Assembly: GCF_964204645.1 (NCBI RefSeq)
Contig: NC_134025.1
Span: 4,464,001 to 4,528,000, forward strand
Direction of reading: 5' to 3'
Source: Tubulanus polymorphus
Taxonomy: Eukaryota > Animalia > Nemertea
DNA: 64,000 bases
Shown: piece after piece, positions 1 through 14,900 of the stretch
Layout of the letters: every line of letters starts with the position of its first letter
Position numbering within the stretch: position 1 is the first letter of the stretch
Notes under the pieces: model-generated
Told to the model about the DNA's origin: nothing
Database searches by the model: none
The model's input: the letters and a program-made list of their open reading frames with translations, nothing else
Translations under genes and position numbers: made by a program

Positions 1-2978
1 GGCATTTTCGTTAAATTGATTTTCGTCGAACGCAAAAAATAGCCGATAACCAGTTGATCCCGCTAGATAACACGGCCGATGATTGATCATAATTTCGATG
101 ATAAGTTCGTTTTTACAACAACAAAGTGATGAAATCTAACGACGCTGATGTTTTGCCAATTCCCGCTATATATAAAGAATTCTGTGTCATTTTCCTAAAA
201 TTGTCCTCATAAAACCTAATTTGTTTTCTCCACATAGAAAAACCATTGGCGATCGATCCAAATTTAGAAAATATTGGCAAAAACCATAGGAAAGGGAACA
301 GTACTTGACGGAAATATTCTCTTATTTCACTTTTTCCAGTTTTCATATAAACTCCTTTATTTGAATTTATGAGTCACAAAACAGGAAGGTCTAACTTAAC
401 TTCCCGGTATGTTTATTACATTATTTTCAGGTGAATATGTTTAGTGTATGAGTTTAGTATAGCGGATGAAATGAGCTCCTGTAGTTCCCACTTCTGCGAG
501 ATGTGATTTTATTTTAATTGGCGCTTGTAGGAATAGACCTGCGATACCTGCTATAGATTCCACACATAGTTATCCTAGAGTAACTGATATAAAGCAATTA
601 CTGTATTGGAGTAAACAACATATATTCTCCCTGGTCGTATCAACAAATCATGAAAATGTGAAACTAGCACTGAGAAAAGAATGTGATTAGTGGTCAAGCA
701 CTCTTGTTCCATGACCAAATGAAGCCTTGAATAAAAACCATGGCCTATTCATTTCGGATCGCGTGGTAAGATCACTCTTTGGACCTACCCGTAGCGCTAG
801 AACCTGTTGCCGCAAATTCACTCTTTAATATCTTCAAGGACAGTTTGAACAGGTCGTAAGCGTTGGAACCAATCACTATAAATACCTGGCAGCGTGGTCG
901 GTATATAATACGCCTATCTCCCGGCGGAAATGAACGAGTCAAGAATCAGTTTTATCAGTCGAGAGGCGAGTGCCATTCCGAGAATACCACGTTGATCACG
1001 TTATCAATGTCAGGGTATTCCCCAAACACGCGGCTAATAAATCATACAATATGTAATACCAGCAGCGACGCTATCTCACCATTCCATTCACAAAATGCAC
1101 TGCTTTAACCTCGGTTTAAGCCGAGGAAAATCTCCATCCATATTTTCACCATATTAAATGTTAGGCTTTTTTCAAAAATTACTTGAAGCATGGATCTGTC
1201 GCCAAGAATTCCACCAAAAAAAAATCATATCGAAAAACAGACAAGTCCTCATTCCTTAGTTCCTCTCTCCTGCAGTCATCATAATTTTCAACAGAATAAT
1301 TTTTCAAAATATTTCTGTCTTAATATTCGATCTAATGATTTGCGAAATGTTAGTTTTCTTCGTTTCTCGGATCATCTAAATTCAATTCAACACAATTTTC
1401 AGACTTTTAAATTTTTTCTGCAATCAGGATTTTATATGGAAATTGTTTTTCATTTTTTTGCGTGTTCCCACCCATTCTAAAAACGCTGCAATGGAAGTTT
1501 TTTACTTTCTTTCCCTTCATCTTTCAATTTTTTTCTTGAAAAAAATCGTTCGGACAAGCTTACCCCGAACAACCAACTCCCAAAACAAAGGGTAGTATTA
1601 TCAGCCTAATGAAGTTCATACAGTATCCTAACAGTGTGAAGACTGTGATTTGAATTGTAAACCTATCGAGGTTTTTACTTATTCATTAAAGATTAATTAG
1701 ACACATCAGGCGTAACTAGATCCGCTAGCATGGATTGCAACGGAATCCCGGTGAACAAGCTAGAAAAACAGCGGAATCCAAATCGAGTCGCTAGGCAACA
1801 AGACAAACGTCACGCGACCCCGCGCGTAAGAAAAATTAAATACTAATTGTATCCAAAATGAATCGGACATACGAGTACTGACGTTCTCAGTCAGTTCCTG
1901 AATAGAATGACGGGAAAAAATATAATTTTTACATAAACCTGAGTAGATTCAGTCAGGGTAAGGAGGACACGTATCGTACAAGGCCGATCAAGACATAATT
2001 TGCGATGTATGGATTGAATTCAAAACTGCAGGTAACAAACATTTCGGGTTGAGCTGCAGCAACCTTGGTGGCCCTTAACATCATGATACAAACTAATCCC
2101 TGTTCGTGGCTCTCGGCATCATTGGTATCTTTCCTTAGAAATTTCTAATTCATTACTTCATTAAAAAAATGTCTTGAAATTAAGAATACGAACCTCACCG
2201 CATATAGCTGGTGCAACTGATGGTAGCGCAGTAACAATGCTAATCACTCGAGAGATAATCAATGATTGATGTATTAAACTTACAGTAATTATCATCATTC
2301 TATATATACCTATATACTTATATACATATACACATGTGTAACACCATTATCTAACCCTAGTATCAATCAAAAACCATTATTGGACCCGTTTCATAAGACT
2401 CTGTATCAAAGTAGATGTACTCGTACATGAAGTCAGCCCCAGGATATTCATTTTTGTTTCTTCAATTAATCACATTTACTACCCAGAGTTAGAAGTTGAG
2501 AATCAAATGTCAGACGAACATATCATACAGCCATAAGGCTTTATGAAAACTATTTTCTTGTCAGTACGTGAAGCTCTAAAACTGAAGCTAAAAGAGTGAA
2601 GTCCCGGTGAAATGATGTAAGAATAGATCCCAACTCCTTTACTCAATAAAATGTCTGAAATAAATGATTTCAGTCTAAAATAAGAGATTACTGCGGCAGT
2701 AAGTCCTGGATTTAAACATGAGAATGTTTGCAATCCTCTGGGATATTAAAGTCATTGAACTAAAGTAGAAATGGTATATAAAACTGGCCTCAGTTCCGTG
2801 AATTTTTTATGAATCAACTTTCAATCTTTTAACATCTATTAAATACATAACTGCTAAGGAAGGGCACCAGTTTCTGATAATTCTAGCAGAATCCTAATTT
2901 TCGTGCATGAATGTGCTAAGAAATCAGCAATTCATCACTGAACAAAAGATATTGTTTTCTGGAGAGAGTTTGACTTAC

Positions 2979-5900
2979 CTTTCCGCCGCCACCGCCACCA
3001 CCGCTGCTACTACTGTCAGTGGTTGATATCGTAGTTATTGAGTTCACCGACGTCATTGATCCACCATACATCTCTTTCTGTTCGAAGCTCATATCTTCAA
3101 ATGACACCGTGTCATCCAAATCCCTTTAAAAATCAATTTGATAAGTAGTATCAAATTACACATACATATATATACTTTTTTCAGCGCCTCACATGTTTTA
3201 TATTTCAAAAATCTATAATTTTATATACCAGTAGGCCTATATAGTGTGTCCTAGAGTTAGTTGAACAGTTGCTGATTTTTATTTGAATCACCCACTTATG
3301 ACAAACCCCCAACTAGTCAAAATATCAGTGTTTAAAGACATAGATTTTAGCCAAATTTTAGCTATGGGTAAAATCACTCCGTGTGAATACCAACTGGTTC
3401 TGGAAGTGCTCATCCCATTTGGTACAGCGTCTTTTTGAAAGTATTTTAGTAACAAGTGTTTGATTAACATGTAAATGCGCTCTCAAAATAGGCTTGGGCC
3501 AAATTTGACTAGGGTCAGGTCCGGGCAAAATTGTCTCCGTGTAATCGCGGCTATTCTATCAGAATATAACGTCATTAATATGGTTTTCATCTCTAGATGA
3601 CTGTTCAGTTCAGATCAGCAAATAGTGAATGCATGTGCTTACCTGCTTGACCTATTATTAAATAGTTTAGCCTGTGCAGCAGTTGGTTTATACTGAGTCT
3701 GTTTAATAAGAGGCTCATTCAGTGCACTGTTCACAAACATGAAACGTTCTTGTATGAGTTCACGCAGTTTTTTCACCCATGATTGTTTACTCTCTAATGA
3801 CGAAGCCTGGATATAAATCAATGAATGATTATAGTTTTTGTTTATAATTGGCAAACAGTTCATGGCCTTTACGAAAGGGAATACATTAATTGTACCTTGA
3901 GGACCAACTTGAAATCATTACTAGGCACGATGCTTCCAGTCCATAAGGCAAATTTACAAGGATCACCTTCAATATGTTCGGTAATACCAATCTCATTTGT
4001 CTGAATATAAAGACATATTACACGATTAATACCGAGAAATTCCACTAATGGCAGCACCTTCCTTATGTCTCATTGACATCTCTGGCGGTAAACTGGCTTT
4101 CATTCTTAGTTTGGCTGAAATATGGGGTAAAATCCCCTTCATATCTTTACCATGAGTTTAAATTTGAGCACATATTTTGTCTTGCCGAGGCCATCTTTCA
4201 CTTCCTTGGCAACGATAAGGCACATATCAAACAGGAATATATGTCGATCACGGCCTTTTTTGATAAGTTGTTTTGGATCCCAAACCGTAAAAGCGTCCTG
4301 TAGAATAACTTCACCGAGCACATCTAATGAATCCTGTTAGTAAAACAAAACTGGTTTAGAACATTTTAGTAGTTACGTACTAAATTATACTGCAGCACAG
4401 GCCAAATATCCAAGCCTAAAATTTTGACCCCATTTTTTAGTCAATTTGACTGACTGCAGCTTATACATTGTTCCCTACTTAAAACCTCACCTCTAGACCT
4501 TCTAACATGCTCAAATGCATGGCGTCATTAGCTTTTTTCGGCACATTAAGCATCACCTCCAATCCATCCTTAATCTCACCCTTGCCTTCTTCACAACATG
4601 ACAACAGGTCTTTCAATAACAACTGATATTTGGTTATTCTTTGCACTGGTTTTATCAAGTATGATGCCAAAGGACCGGTAAGGTTATTTTTGTGTTGTAA
4701 ATCCTGAAATTTCAAAGAAACAACCTCTCCAATAAGAATTTCACCAAAATTAGACAAAGCCAAATGCACTGATGAACGAATTTGATGAATATCAAACTCA
4801 TTAGTAGACAACGCTACACTGTTACTTACATCAAAGAATGTTCCAGCATTTTGGACTAAAACTTGGTTGGAATCAGGCTTGTTTTTACAATATTGGACGT
4901 ATATGGAGAAATGTTCAGCCTGGAAAATGAGAAAACATAATTAATACTCTCAGCCAAGGTAATATCTACCAAGTTGCTTTCATTATCTAGAAACTTACCC
5001 ATGTGACAAAACAATGGCCAACATCTTCAGGCAATGCTTCATACTTCTCTAACTCTTTCAAGAAAATACTGTTGTGGAATTCATAGATTTCTTTAATGTT
5101 TCCAAATATCACATCGTGCTTGCCAGCAATTCCTGCTGGAATATTGCTGGAATTACTTGCATCTAGCATCTCATCGAGGTAATGCTGGAAGTAGAATTGT
5201 GGGACAATGTAGGAAATAGGTTAAATTGAATATAAATTGAATAGTAATGAGTGTTAAGTTTAACCAAAAAGTCCTAAATCAAGAATACAAACTCACTTGT
5301 ATGCATATCTGCAGATCTTTAACATAAGTACGTTCAGTTTGAAGCAGTTCAGCCATAATAAACCTGAAATAGAAATATATCAAATTAATCACTTTCTTTG
5401 AATCTTGATCTTTCCAAACGTAACTTAAGAATCTAAACTTACTCTTTCCGTCGAGCAGACTTCCTTTTCTCTTCAGTCAATTCTTTTGCAGTTTGCTGAA
5501 GTTTTTCTTCCAAATTCGGATCACTTTGGCGATCTTCTTTTTCCGGAGGCTGTATGATAGGAAAATTTAATATTTCAAAAATGCAATGAATAGTATAATA
5601 TAGATAACAAATCTAGAATTCATAAGAAAACTCACCTCTGTTGTAATACCTAGACTACTCTCTAGTTTGGCTCGGTATTTTTCCATCCTAGATGCAAAGT
5701 CTTTATAGCGTTTATCAACGGCTGAGACCCATTGTTTGATACTGGCAGCGTGTGCATGGCCTTTCTCCACGAGGCTATCGGCAAGTTGTAGCAATAACTT
5801 AACCTTTTCTCTAGTTTCCTGATGTATGGAAATCACATATTTTCAGGAATGTTGAAAAAAATTAATTCAATCAAATACCAATTCCCCGGCAAGCTTACCT

Positions 5901-8900
5901 TGGCAGTTACTTTGAATTCATTATGTTCTCTGAGCAGGCCCTCAGTTTCTTCAGGATTACTACCAACATTTGTATGCGTTGATAGATAAAACTCCCCAGT
6001 GTCATGGATCCATTCTAATGCCTGAATAGATGAACATTTTGATGCCTTAAAAATCGCTTAACTCAAACAGACAGTTCATCGCATTATCAACTATATCAAC
6101 CTAAATATCAGACACTATTTCCAACCTTTGAATGAATCAATATTCCGAGTACAGATTACACATTTACCTGCTTAGCACTTCTTTCAAACAACACAAACTG
6201 TTGACAATGGTCTAATTTGCGTTTTCTCATCGTCCAATATTCCAACACAAGATTTTCCTGTTTGAGTAACTGGTCTAGGGTGACTGCAAAATTTCATAAA
6301 TACATGACAAAAAATGCTATCATTCTGATGAATAAGATTACTACTGCTTGAGAATGAAATTACTTACTTTTAACCTGAGTTTCTGGACTGCGAGTTTTCA
6401 TGTGCATTCCTAATGTATGAATGTTTCTATGTACATATTTTAGAAAAGTTTCAGCTGTACGCCGTGCTAAGGTACATGCCTAAAATAAAAACAATAAACA
6501 TTTCTTTTCCAGAAGCATGAATTGTGTAGGCGTCTTTGGACCATCAAATGAAAGAATTCATACCTTTAAAAAAGCTTCTTTCTGTTCTAAATGCTTATTG
6601 ATGAGTTGTTGAAGATATTGCGCTTTATCAGCACCACTTTTATCAGTGTTACACCAGTCTTCATCTCGACGGTATTCACGTTCTAAACTCTCTAAAACTG
6701 AACAAACCTGCAACAACAACAATAACAATGGTTCACATCGAAATTCATTTATCTACATTCATTCATTATTGAAGTATGACCAGAAAGAAGTTAGACTAAG
6801 ATTCCCTATGAAATCCCAGCAGGAGGTGAAGTCATTCTATCTAAAGAACGAAATAAATTTGTTAAGACTTACTTGTTCGGCTGTTTTATACCAGTTCATT
6901 GAGGCCATGACGAGTTTATGACGTTCCTCAGCGTGGTACATTAACTGTTGCCATTTCTCACTGAGACTCTCCGCAATTGTACGCACGAGTTGAGAATTAT
7001 AGTGGTTCGATTGTAGCATCATTTCAGCTTTCTTTATGGCGTGAACAGCACTTTGGTGAGTTTTCTACAATCAAGGTTATACAGCTTACATCGAGTATTC
7101 AATTATTCCACCTATGCAACACTACACTATACCAGCGAATTCATAAATTCATGATTAAATCAACAATGTGAAATAAAGACACTCGAGACAACATGATGCA
7201 TTTGGCGTGTTTTCAACAAAAATAGCTCAAATTTACCTCTATCGCTGCTTGGAATTGTTCGTGCTCTTTCCGTAAAACTTCAGCATCTTTCAAAGAATTC
7301 GGACACATGAAACTGGCTGACAACATTGAGTCACCGTTCCGAATCCACGTCATAACCTGAAAAAATATACCACCAAGACATGAACAGTAAAATCAATTTT
7401 ACACCTTGGTTCCTGTTAGTGCAATTTGAAAATATTTGCACCTACCTGCTTTGCATCTTCTTCAAGGCGTCGTAAATGGACACATTGTTCAAGTTTCACT
7501 CGTTTTTGTTCTGACGCGTCTTCAAGTTCCATCATACGTTCGTGTAAGTACTCGAGTAACATTTGAATCCGTGTCTGTGCATCGTACTGGGCATCGGCCA
7601 TCAACTGTACACCGGACGTTTCAAATACCTGATACAACCAAGAAAATTCCCAACTTTCAGTAAAATATCATGAGTTTAAGACACAAAGACAGACAGTATG
7701 AAAATAAGGGTCTCGTAACAGAAGCCCATGAACTGATAACTGACAGGATGAATGAAATAGAATCAGCCAATACCTAATACCCAATGAATGTCCTCAAAAA
7801 TATAACATTTTCATTTCTCATGATAGTTTTTTATATTTTCACTTTTTAAATGCCTGAACTCAGCAATCATATTGACACAGAGAAATAGAAGCATTCATTA
7901 TGATCCAATAGAATTATGCCGCAATTTTCATGTCAACAAAAATTACTGGCAGTATTTTCATGCTTGATAAATCTAGGCCAGTTAAACTGTATTCATAATT
8001 CTCTCTATGTACGTAATCAGTAATCGGGTCAATCTGTTACCATCATCGACACCTGGTTCCATTAAGCCGATAATCAGTGGTATTTGAATGCCTACCTGAC
8101 AGAGATCTTGTCCTCGCTGTAACACGTCGCACATCGAGTTCTGCATCTGCGTCGTATTGTCGCAGTGCACTTGTAGAATTTGTTCGGCCTGATTTAGTTC
8201 CGTGCTCAAATCTGAATGCTGTAGTTCCTCACCCCACATCTCTAACTGCGATGACATCTGTCGAATAGACATAGAATATACGGATTACGATCAGTAGCAT
8301 ATCCATTATTATTGTATTGTTACCATCCCGAGATCAAGTCATGCACACAGACAAACAATCATAAGAAATTGGTGAAACTGGCAAAATGTCACGAAATATG
8401 TATACAATGTCAAGGATGGATTCAGCAGAAAAAGTAGAGCACATTGGCTAATAATATGAATTTCTCGTTCATGTAGTCTTACCTCTAAGGCTTCCCTTTC
8501 GAAGAGTCGTAACTGGAGACAAAGATCCAACTTCATTTTTCGATCGGCCCACAACTCTTCGAGTTGATTACGATTACCGTTTAACTGTTGAATCATACCC
8601 TCGACATGAGTGTAATCCGTATTAGAACTGATTTTATCAGGCTCTATTCCATGTCTGAAACGAACAATTTCAAATTTCATTTTTAAAGGGGATAGATATC
8701 GTTAAGGGTTAGCGCGGATCATATTTCACGGATACTTACCCGAGATATTCAAGGAGATTTTCACCCTCAGTAGTTGTATTGATAGCGGCGTCGATTGTTA
8801 GATCTCGCTGCTGATGGAACTGTCCCAGCAGTTCCTCTGCACCTTCCACCGTATCAGCTACACCGGCCTGTTGAAGTTCCTGCTTCAACTCGTCAAACCA

Positions 8901-11900
8901 ACTCGTCAACTAAAATATCCAATAAGTGTCAACGCTGTAAACCTGTATAAATTTTTTGCTCAGTTTGTTCATCGAGAAATGTTCTGTATAAATAATGTGA
9001 CAGATTCAGGTAGGTGGAGGGTCACATTCATAGCTCTGTAAATGATTCCTATACATGATTGATACTGCAACAAATATGGCTGTTTAGCTGTCAAGAGATC
9101 AGACAACATTAAAACTATACCTTATTCTATTCACCCTTTCACACAGGTCGAAGCACACGCAATTTGTTCTCAATTAAAATAAGCAAATACCAGCACGCAA
9201 AAGGTAAATATAAATATGCGATACATGGATTTCACAGGACGTTTTAAGTCTCTTTAACAAGAAATCTACACGCCTTAGATATAGATTATTATTTACCAAT
9301 ATTGGGAATATCTGTATACATCTCCTAGCAGGGGTTAGATTGATGGGCTTTTACATTTTTTACATAAAAAGGAATTAATATCTAATGACAAGACATTTTT
9401 CTTGAATTTTTCACTCATCTTCATGATTTTTCACAGATTTTTTTTTCAAATTTTTCAAAATATTTTCATTATTCTCGGCGCAAACATCCATTTTTCACCT
9501 CAATTTGATCCCCGCTATTCGAAACAAGTTGCCTTAGTATGCCATACGAATGAGTTAAGACTGGGCGTATGGAGAGTTTTCATTCAAAATTCAGCCCCTA
9601 TACCGCGGGCTTATATTAAAGGTATAGTATGTAAACCTTACCTCTTTCACATGGGTATAAAATGCTACAGACATGTCCAAGACATTGCGTCGACGTTCGA
9701 TGCTCATCAGAAACCGCTGCATACGAGCCTCCAAATCGTGCGCCTCCTGGTATATATCCTGCGGATTGCATTCGCCTGTATGGGCTAACTCTTCGGCCGC
9801 TACCAGCAACTTATCGGCATTCGTGATCGTATTCTGAAAAACAATTACAACAAAAACCGTTAAATTGCCTACTTACGACAATAATAAATAGTCGTTATTC
9901 CGCGAGTAGCCTACTATGACTTAAGGACTGCGGACGCGATAGATCAGTGATTAATGAATAGAACAACTCTCTCTCTCGATATCGCGCTAAACACAGATGG
10001 TTACGATCATTTCATATTTCATCTACGTTAAAAACGCGGTAAGATGGATTTATCAATTTCATCCGGCGTAATGTACGGCGGCAATGAGAAAACCGAGGTA
10101 AGATAACAACAAATGTCGGACGGTGGAATTCTCGATATCAAAGCATAAACAGGTAGTTCAACGAGACCACAGAAAATTAGCTTCATGTTACTATTACTTT
10201 TTCGCTCTTTCAGTACCCCTTAAATACATACCAACATATTTCCGAAACTTATATAATTTTCATCAGAAATCGTTAGAAATACTTCTGAATCAATCTATGT
10301 CCGCATTGTCATGTTACGTGAAACTAGCTTTTTGTAAAAAAACGTATCTTAGAAATGAGACTATTGCTCTTCAGTTACAAAATTCAATCTCTATTCTGTT
10401 ATGGGTACATGCTGTCAGATCCCTAAAATCCTGTAAAATGGAATATTTAGCTTCTTCGGATTTTTCATTTTGCCGACGACGAGATTTAATCTCTAAAGGT
10501 CTTGAACACGATCAGACAGTGACAGCGGACAACGAAACATCACTGTCACTACTGTTATAGCCAATCTGTGAAATGACAGTAAATCCAAAGTGGTATCAAT
10601 ATATTTATTTGACTCCCACTGCGTCACTGAGTGCACTATGATACAGCATCTTCCAGTACACAGCTTTTAGACTACATTAGTAAGCTTACATAATATTCTT
10701 AGTTTTTGCGATTGAATAATTTAACTTCAGTATGATAAATCAGACTTGTATTGGTCTAATTATACTCTAAGGATTGATATTCAAAATTCTACTTTTCCTC
10801 AATTTATCCCTAACATACATGACCACCCATCTTCGCTGGGCTTTTTACATATAAGCGGGATGCGATATACATATTTTGAGACCAACCCTTATTTTTAAAT
10901 ACATAACTGCATAAATAGCGAATACCATGCTAATGCTCTTTAGATCACGTAGTTGACATCGTAGGAAAAATGGAATTTCCCCCACTTGCAGCTATTCTAG
11001 GCTATCAAAAACAACCAACTAAACCAACTGTCAAACATTTTATATACAACTTCTTCGAAAACAGGAATATTTTTCCAAAGAATGAAAACGAAAGATTTCT
11101 TGATATTAGTTTTTCAAACAGTGGAGGCGGGGGCGACGCGCATAGCATCGGTATCACTGAACGCATAAACCACTTCAGGGCCTTACGATGAAAATTACAT
11201 CTCGAAATTTTGATTAAGAGCTAAAATTCTAATCATCGACGAGATGCTCTTTGTTTTGCGATGGCTCGGGATCCAGTAATAACTCAGTGGCCTAATAGAA
11301 AACAGATACAAAGCCTGAAAGCATTACGTGATTCAATATACAACGTAATTAATTAAGTTAGTCGCAATATCATCGGATATCTGGTCATTTCTAAATATGG
11401 CTGAAACACGAATATATAGCCATCAACTCCACATGCAACTGTGCGGTAATTTTTAATAGATATTTTTCATCTCTAGTTACTTGTCAATAATACATATACA
11501 CGTACGTAATATAGCTGAACGTGGAGCTCACTCATACCGAGCCATAGATATACAGGCATGTGTGCGGATCTTCGCAAAAAGATTCACAGTTCTTAGTCAT
11601 TTCACCGAAAAAAAATCCCATCTTTCCGGAGGGTACTATATGTGCATTTGATAAATACTGCCACCAGATTTATGATTTAAAACAAGTCGAGAGGGAAGTT
11701 TTCTGATAGAAAATAGTACCGGTATATCCTTACTGTGCTGGAGATCTGCCTACCTGGAAATAGTTTAGACCGCAAACAAGTGTAATTTTGACATCGAAAA
11801 CAGTCACTGAACTGAAATACGTCATTTGTATTGAGAGTAATAAATATTAAGGATCTCAAAGGAGTATCTAATATAAGTAGAATGTACCTTATTCTCATGC

Positions 11901-14900
11901 AGAATTCGGTTCATGAAAACATATACGGCATTTAGTAGAATAAATAGAGATTAAAATTCTGTCGACAGAACTGATCCTAACATCTGGTTCCATATCATAA
12001 ATTGCATCAATAAAAGTGAACCCTATGTTGAAACACAGTAAACCCTATAAATTTTGATGTAGCCCTACCCTTATATCTAGACCTAGATTGCTTTATTTCT
12101 CAGATAAAAACATTCCTATTGTAAAACTTCACTAAACTGATCCTAAATGAATGCATCGTGCTAATCAGTCAGTGTTGTTCAGGATATATCCTCGTTTATA
12201 TGAAATTAACAAATCTCTGTTATACTCACTGTTTAGTTATCAGGACCATTTGCTTACCACATCCCGAAGAAAAAAATCCTGATTTATCCCATTTTATATG
12301 AAAAATTCCGGTAATTGTTGTCACTTATGTACTTACAGCGAATCTAACATACTTGTATTACTATCGCTTTACGATCAAACATTACATGGATGCTACCAAC
12401 CATTACTAGAGTATGGGTAAAACAGGTTGGGATTACAAAACAGCACCCGCTACTATCCCGCCATCCAAAAGCACCCTTCGAATGCTTCAAAAAAAATATT
12501 TTCCAAACGTATTGAGAAATATCTTCCAAAACATATAAAATCATCTTTGCCCGATAAGTATGTGGATCCTATAGATCAGCATAAACAACAGTTTTTTTAT
12601 TTTATGTCTAAACTCGTCAAAAGTAATCAGTCAGTCAAATGGTTACTGTGACATCGAAGCCACAACTGGTCATTTGACATAATATATCGTTCTTTCATTT
12701 TGACGATATTTCAGCAACCGGTAATAAAAAAATATCTGCTGGCAATCAAAATAAAAATTGCAACTGCCCGTACCGAACTTGCTGGATTAGTGGCTTCATC
12801 TTCTTTTGTCCAGTACGATCCCATGATCGTCATTACCAGTGAATTCTTTACCATCAGAATTCAATCGATATTACTAATCCGAGAAGAGTTACTAAATCCA
12901 AATCTGATCAAAAAGATGAACTAATCCTTCGCGAGATAATCCGTCGATATGATTGTTTCACGGCGGTAGTGTTGAAAACTTCCAGCTCACGGACTATTCA
13001 ACTGCCGACTATTCGAACTAGCAGTCATGTGACAGTTCGTCTGCTAGTGTAAGACGTGTGCGTGTTCATTCTTTGCGCGAGCATCAATAAATACCCTACA
13101 GTTAACTTATTCACACATCAAATCACATGACATTACACAAGTCACCGGCAGCATCTGAGATCGTTCATTTCAATCCCAACTGATTTTAAATAGTCCAAGA
13201 CCGCAGGGACTCATATTTGTAGTTTTTGGAGGTGAATAGTAGTATAAATTATCAAATATCCCAGGTAGGCCTAACAAATCTATTTTGATGGTCGAATAAT
13301 CTACTCTTTTAGGTAATAAGATTGAAACCCACTATATACAATCTAAAACATTAAAAACAGAATTTAATCATCACGAATTAAAATCAAGACACAACTTGGT
13401 CTGCACTAATAGAAATATATTTTAATAGTCAAGTTATCTTGTAACTACCATTGATGCCAAAATATTCTTCACATATTTTTGATGATGTCCTCATCGGACA
13501 GTCATAAGCCGCGACCACACAGCACCTGCCCATTTGGCACCCGTGTAAACAGTTGTTCCGGGCCAAAAATACTCATGTGATCGCGGCTATAGCCAATGAG
13601 CACATGATAAAGAGCAAATAATAGTAGAGCATTAATTTGAGTGTAAACGGTTTATACACAGACCGTCTAAGAATGGAAGGAGATTGTCGACTCCTGAGTG
13701 CTACATCTAAGACATGATTTATACAAATAATACAAATATCTTATGGGAATCAAGGGTCCTTCATCATTGTCGTGCGTAAAACGAACATTAATTAGTCTGT
13801 GTTAGTTTTGAGTCACCAAAAGAAGAAATAATGCCAAATGTAATAATTCGAATACATGTACATGCATTTAGCAGTTAATAACTGTTTGTACAATAATACC
13901 TATCCATCTAAAGAAAATTCTATCCTCAAAATGAAAAAAAAACCTGGTAGAATAAGGGTCAATCTTTACAGAAACCAACTGATTATCATGAATTATTTCT
14001 CAAGTATTAGGCATTAGCAGATGTAATAAGTAAAAAATCAAGAAAGAGCTATATATTACTCGATGTCAGAAATGCTTCGGTAACTAAAATTACCCCAAAG
14101 CCTACTTAATACATTCTGACAACATGAAATTCAGAAGTTGATAAAGTGCTTGGCATTCAGTGTTCCAGAGTTCGATATTTAAGTTCTTTTTCAGATCCAA
14201 CAAGTGTGACTGAGGTATTCTACTTGTAGAGTTGATGTGCATTTTGCTGAGTCATCGAACGAATCTTCACACGAGAGATTAAATAAACTATCGCATCGAT
14301 TTGAATAATTTCGCACTTCATTTTAAGCATAAAACCATGTGAAAATGTACAAGCATTGCATTTTAATTGGACATTTAACAAATTGGACCGTCGGGCATCT
14401 TTTATGGCAGCTGTCACCTTACCTGACTCAGAGGTCAGGGAACCGTGATAGGCAATGCTGACTCATTCACGAGATGATGGTACTGTTAAATTTCACGGCA
14501 ACAGTTCCTGTGATTATGTATTTATCAACGCTGATGATGTGTGAAGTTATTATAATCACAGATCATCAGAAGGTTATACATACGAAAAGACTTAATAAGT
14601 TCACGGATGTAAAAAGGTGCTAAAATACCATTACTTCAATGAAAACTGAAGTGACTGTGAAAAGGTTTTTCTCAAAGGAAGGAATTCCCCAGGTTTAACA
14701 CTACCAGGTAACCACAATTAGTAGCACTGAAATAGCAATACTCTCAGGATGTTTTGGTGACTGCGATATAGGAGTGACCACACACTACAAACATTGATGA
14801 GTTGTTAGCTGTCCTTGTCGCATAAAGGTGCTACAGTGATTCATCAAAGTGTCGTAGAAAGATATTATTTATTCTAAGCAAGTGCCTTCTCAGGGACAGG

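Noticed and set aside
788-2240. Short AG...GT-bounded segments (~2199-2239, ~789-877) that could form an alternative Trio tail
   Set aside because: No similarity to known Trio sequence; such frames arise by chance
10044-10103. Plus-strand ATG...GAG|GTAAGA segment suggesting a nested antisense gene
   Set aside because: No downstream exons or recognisable protein
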